In this document: in pieces, positions 60,713 to 64,000 of the stretch | Layout: each line of letters begins with the position of its first letter | Numbering within the stretch: the first letter of the stretch is position 1 | Origin: Candidatus Acidiferrales bacterium | GTDB lineage: Bacteria; Acidobacteriota; Terriglobia; Terriglobales; Acidobacteriaceae | Reading direction: 5' to 3' | Assembly: GCA_035553195.1 (NCBI GenBank) | Contig: DATNDP010000221.1 | Coordinates: forward strand, 11,379-75,378 | DNA: 64,000 nt | Notes under the pieces: model-generated | Seen by the model: only the letters and a program-made list of their open reading frames with translations | The model's database searches: none | Told to the model about the DNA's origin: nothing | Program-made: the position numbers and the translations under genes

Positions 60713-62509
60713 ATGGCCTATCAGGTTCTGGCGCGCAAATACCGTCCCCAGCGTTTTTCCGAGGTCATTGGCCAGGACCACGTCACGCGCACGCTCAGGA
60801 ATGCGATTGAGCAGCAGAGAATCGCGCATGGTTATATCTTCAGCGGCCACCGCGGCATAGGAAAAACCACGATCGCCCGCATCCTGGCAATGGCGCTGAA
60901 CTGTCGTTCTACTGACAAGCCAACACCGGAACCATGCGGCATGTGTGATTCGTGCGTGGAAATACGCGCGGGCAGTGCTGTGGATGTGATTGAAATCGAC
61001 GCAGCCACGAACCGTGGCATTGACGAGATCCGTGAGTTGCGGGAGGCGGCGCGCTATCGCCCGGCGCGCGACCGCTACAAGATTTATATCCTGGACGAAG
61101 CCCATCAAATTACTGACGCTGCCTTCAATGCCTTGCTGAAGACCCTGGAAGAACCTCCACCGCACGTTGTGTTCATGATGGCTACGACGCAACCCGAGGA
61201 CATCCCTCAGACCATTCGCTCGCGATGCCAGCATTTCAGCTTCCATGCGGTCAAGTTCGACGAGATCGTAGCGCAGCTTGCAGAGATCGCGCGAAAAGAA
61301 AGCATCGGGACCGATGATGAAGCGCTGGCGGTACTGGCGGAGGCGGGCGACGGATCCATGCGCGACGCGCTCTCCATCATGGACCAGGCGATTGCATGCT
61401 GCGGCACGAAGCTCAACGGTGAACTGGTACGCGGGCTTGCAGGCACAGTGGGATCAGATGTTTTTGAGAATCTCATGGCAACTGTCGCCCGGAATTCCAG
61501 TGAAGACGCATTGCATGTTCTTGACCGGCTGATGACCGAAGGACAGAATCCCGCTCATTTCGCAAAACAGTTTGTACGCTTCCTGCGCAACACCGTAGTT
61601 GCGAAGGTCGCTGGCGACGATTCTCAGCTCCTGCAAATTTCCGCAGACGAACGGGCAAGAGTAGGACGTGTAGCATCGCAGTTTTCAGAAGAAGAGCTGG
61701 CTCGTTTTCTCAACATCATGCTGCGTACCTTTGATGAGCTTGGCTATCGTCAGGAGCAGAGGTTTCATCTCGAACTGGGAGTATTGAAGCTGGTGCATGC
61801 GCAACGAATGCTTCCATTGGAGCAGTTGTTGAGCCAGGTGTCAGCGGAGCCAGGAAAACTTGGAGCAAGTTCACGCCAGCCTGCGACCGCGGCAGCGGCC
61901 CCTTCAGTCCCGCCAGTCCCACGGCAACAGGGAAGCGCACCTTCTCCCTTTGAGGTAGATCGCGCCCGGAAAACGCGAAGCTTTGAACCAGAGATGTCCG
62001 CCGGGCCCACAGTGACAATGCAATTCGGCAACGGGGCAGTGGCAGCGGCCACCGCTGTCGCTGAGATGGAGGTTGAAGCTCCATCGCAGGAGGACGTTCC
62101 ATCCTTCATTGATCCAGCAGTCATACTGGGAAAGGTGCTGACTGAACTGGAAAATGGCGGGCATAAGATGCTGGCTTCGACCCTTGAGACCGCAGCGGTC
62201 AGTCTCCGCGGAGGAGAGTTGGTGCTTGAAGTTCCTCAATCAGCCGCAGTGATCGACATGATGATGGGCGCTGAGCCGAAGCGAATCGCCAATGCAGGGG
62301 CCAGCAACGCCGCGGGCCGGCCGGTGAAAGTCACCGTAATCGGCGGCGCTGCTGCCCAACGCAACGGCAATGGTGCTCAATCCGTACGACCGGTGCGCAA
62401 TGGAGTGGGTGCGCGGGCCCGCGCGGCGGAGGACCCGGTGGTCAGGCGGATGCAGGAAAAATTCGGCGCTGAAATACGCACCGTCATTGATCATCGTGAG
62501 AAGGTGTAG
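60713..62509 (+). CDS. dnaX: DNA polymerase III subunit gamma/tau
   Basis: YQVLARKYRPQRF, Walker A GHRGIGKTT, zinc module CGMCDSC, Walker B ILDEAH and sensor SRC are all present. Confidence 0.95.
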   Translation: MAYQVLARKYRPQRFSEVIGQDHVTRTLRNAIEQQRIAHGYIFSGHRGIGKTTIARILAMALNCRSTDKPTPEPCGMCDSCVEIRAGSAVDVIEIDAATNRGIDEIRELREAARYRPARDRYKIYILDEAHQITDAAFNALLKTLEEPPPHVVFMMATTQPEDIPQTIRSRCQHFSFHAVKFDEIVAQLAEIARKESIGTDDEALAVLAEAGDGSMRDALSIMDQAIACCGTKLNGELVRGLAGTVGSDVFENLMATVARNSSEDALHVLDRLMTEGQNPAHFAKQFVRFLRNTVVAKVAGDDSQLLQISADERARVGRVASQFSEEELARFLNIMLRTFDELGYRQEQRFHLELGVLKLVHAQRMLPLEQLLSQVSAEPGKLGASSRQPATAAAAPSVPPVPRQQGSAPSPFEVDRARKTRSFEPEMSAGPTVTMQFGNGAVAAATAVAEMEVEAPSQEDVPSFIDPAVILGKVLTELENGGHKMLASTLETAAVSLRGGELVLEVPQSAAVIDMMMGAEPKRIANAGASNAAGRPVKVTVIGGAAAQRNGNGAQSVRPVRNGVGARARAAEDPVVRRMQEKFGAEIRTVIDHREKV

Positions 62510-62517
62510 GAGACAAT

Positions 62518-62832
62518 ATGGGCGGCTTTAATACGCGTGAATTCCAGGAAATGCTGCAGCAGGCTCAGAAACAGGCACAGGACCTGCAAGAAAAAATGCA
62601 GCGCACCGTGGTTGAAGCCTCATCCGGCGGAGGCACGGTTACGGTGAAAATGAATGGCCAGAAACACGTGCTGGAGACGCGCATCGACCCTGAAGCCGTG
62701 AGAGCCGGTGATGTTGAAATGCTGCAGGACCTTGTCACCGCCGCCGTCAACGCTGCCGCGCAAAAGATTGATGAGGCCATGCAGTCAACTGTCGGCGGCA
62801 TGCTGGGCAGCCTCGGTATTCCGGGGATGTGA
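62518..62832 (+). CDS. ybaB: YbaB/EbfC-family nucleoid-associated protein
   Basis: 104 aa with the pattern MLQQAQKMQ...[11 protein letters not shown]...V.ID. It occupies the conserved position between dnaX and recR. Confidence 0.9.
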   Translation: MGGFNTREFQEMLQQAQKQAQDLQEKMQRTVVEASSGGGTVTVKMNGQKHVLETRIDPEAVRAGDVEMLQDLVTAAVNAAAQKIDEAMQSTVGGMLGSLGIPGM

Positions 62833-62842
62833 GGGACGCTTC

Positions 62843-63442
62843 GTGTCCAAGTTTGCCGAGCCGATGGCTCGACTGATTGACGAGTTGAAGAAGTTGCCGG
62901 GTGTCGGCGGCAAAAGCGCTCAGCGGCTGGCCTTCCACATTCTGCGTTCCAGTGAGGATGACGCTGAAGCGCTCGCTTCAGCCATTCGCAACCTTAAAGA
63001 AAAACTTCATCTCTGCTCTGTATGTAACAACATTACAGATGTTGATCCGTGCAGTTACTGCTCAAATGCAACCCGCAACCAGCGTTTGATCTGTGTTGTT
63101 GAGGAGCCAACCAATATCGCTGCCGTGGAGAAAACACGTTACTACAACGGGGTTTATCACGTACTGCACGGAGCGCTGTCACCGCTGCACGGCATCGGTC
63201 CGGAGCAGCTTCGCATTCCTTCGTTGCTCAAGCGGCTTGATGCGGGAACCGCCGATGAAGTGATCATCGCAACTAATCCAACGATCGAAGGGGAGGCAAC
63301 GGCGGTCCACCTCACGCAGATTTTGAAACCTTACGGCATAAAAATCACGCGCATTGCCACAGGTATTCCCGCAGGCAGTGACATTGAATACGCCGACGAA
63401 GTCACGATGCTGAAAGCAATGGAAGGGCGACGGGAGCTGTAA
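62843..63442 (+). CDS. recR: recombination protein RecR
   Basis: HhH ([20 protein letters not shown]), a C4 zinc finger (CSVCNN...CSYC) and a Toprim domain. GTG 62843 follows GAGGGA; ATG 62864 is an alternative start. Confidence 0.9.
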   Translation: MSKFAEPMARLIDELKKLPGVGGKSAQRLAFHILRSSEDDAEALASAIRNLKEKLHLCSVCNNITDVDPCSYCSNATRNQRLICVVEEPTNIAAVEKTRYYNGVYHVLHGALSPLHGIGPEQLRIPSLLKRLDAGTADEVIIATNPTIEGEATAVHLTQILKPYGIKITRIATGIPAGSDIEYADEVTMLKAMEGRREL

Positions 63443-63479
63443 CTAAGCTCAGAGCTCTTCCCCACTGGTTAAATCCTAT

Positions 63480-63860
63480 TCACAGTTTCAATTTGGCAAG
63501 CAGGTCCTGCGGATGTACAGGCTTAGCAAGGATATCGAACTCGTGGCCCTGAGCCCGCGCTTTTTCGAGCAGATCAGCTGTAGCTGCCTGTCCAGAGAAG
63601 AGCAGGATCTTGCACCCGGGCAGGAGTTGGCGGATGCGAATCGCAGCTTCAATGCCGTTCATGTCCGGCATGATCACGTCGCTGATGACGAGTTCCGGCT
63701 TGGTCTCTCGTGCGCGGTCGACTGCGGCCGTGCCGGTATAAACGGCGGACGCGTCGAATCCGTTCTGGTTGAGGATTATGGAGAGGGTGTCGGCAATCAC
63801 ACGTTCATCGTCAACGACGAGAACTCTGGGCTTGCTGGGCTGGCCATTCGCTGAGCTCAA
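63480..63860 (-). CDS. single-domain response regulator (CheY-like receiver)
   Basis: VLVVDDE..., the phospho-acceptor context LVISDVIMPDMNG, and a conserved Lys in ILAKP. TTG 63860 is preceded by AGGAGA; the track ORF extends 33 codons further upstream. Confidence 0.8.
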   Translation of the reverse strand: MSSANGQPSKPRVLVVDDERVIADTLSIILNQNGFDASAVYTGTAAVDRARETKPELVISDVIMPDMNGIEAAIRIRQLLPGCKILLFSGQAATADLLEKARAQGHEFDILAKPVHPQDLLAKLKL

Positions 63861-64000
63861 ACAAAATCTCCTGAGAAAGTGCTCAACACGATTATACGCG
63901 TCGAAGACCTCAATGTAAGAGATGCGAGCTCCTGGATGTGAGCTGCCCAAGCCAACCACCCCAAAGGCTTCCGCTTCTCACCATTGAAGCTCAGGAGGAA

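Noticed and set aside
60713-62509. Programmed frameshift or transcriptional slippage site in dnaX (gamma versus tau).
   Set aside because: I saw no A AAA AAG heptamer or long A-run anywhere in the gene by eye, so no claim can be supported.
1-64000. Scan for tRNA or rRNA genes, CRISPR arrays, IS elements, integrases, prophage genes, toxin-antitoxin pairs and recognisable defence systems.
   Set aside because: None were recognised. No T-loop GGTTCGAATCC-type sequence occurs in any gap over 150 nt. I saw no regularly spaced direct repeats and no transposase, integrase or phage-type ORFs. The window reads as conserved chromosomal core. This is a by-eye assessment, not a computed search.

Overview
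GC-rich, gene-dense chromosomal core region with about 65 protein-coding genes. By eye there are no rRNA or tRNA genes, CRISPR arrays, transposases or integrases. The two tandem ADOP-type (duplicated FtsX/MacB-like) permeases suggest Acidobacteriota; this is inference only. Content, left to right: a multicopper oxidase cut by the window edge; an SDR plus CoA-transferase pair; a secreted Xaa-Pro aminopeptidase; icd and mdh; two cyclophilins; an ECF sigma/anti-sigma/2x DUF4097-like module; an M19 dipeptidase plus an M15-like peptidase; a CDP-alcohol phosphatidyltransferase/acyltransferase/CdsA-like lipid operon; sdhC-sdhA-(small ORF)-sdhB; a CusF-like-SCO lipoprotein; a TPR protein; a CDF transporter; BON proteins; a second ECF sigma/anti-sigma/Met-rich secreted protein module divergent from OsmC; an EamA transporter; a four-gene minor-pilin operon; a DHH phosphoesterase; a WecA/MraY-family transferase; two ADOP permeases plus an ABC ATPase plus a sigma-54-dependent two-component system; recJ; an RDD protein; lptC/A-like-lptB-rpoN-hpf; dnaX-ybaB-recR; and a CheY-like receiver. 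The most interesting signal is an 80-codon reading frame at 31229-31468 that the six-frame track does not report. It encodes a complete YruB/NrdH-type glutaredoxin with an in-frame TGA exactly where the first Cys of the CxxC motif should be (SPG-TGA-PPC), making it a candidate selenoprotein. Secondary observations: a CDF transporter with three tandem cytoplasmic C-terminal domains; a 20-bp-arm hairpin and a small membrane ORF inside the sdh operon; 'orphan' ADOP permeases that here sit next to an ATPase and an NtrC-type system; a ynbA/ynbB-like lipid module; and several unexplained intergenic elements. All functional calls rest on motif recognition by eye, with no database search run. Start codons were chosen from Shine-Dalgarno context and signal peptides and may be off by a few codons.
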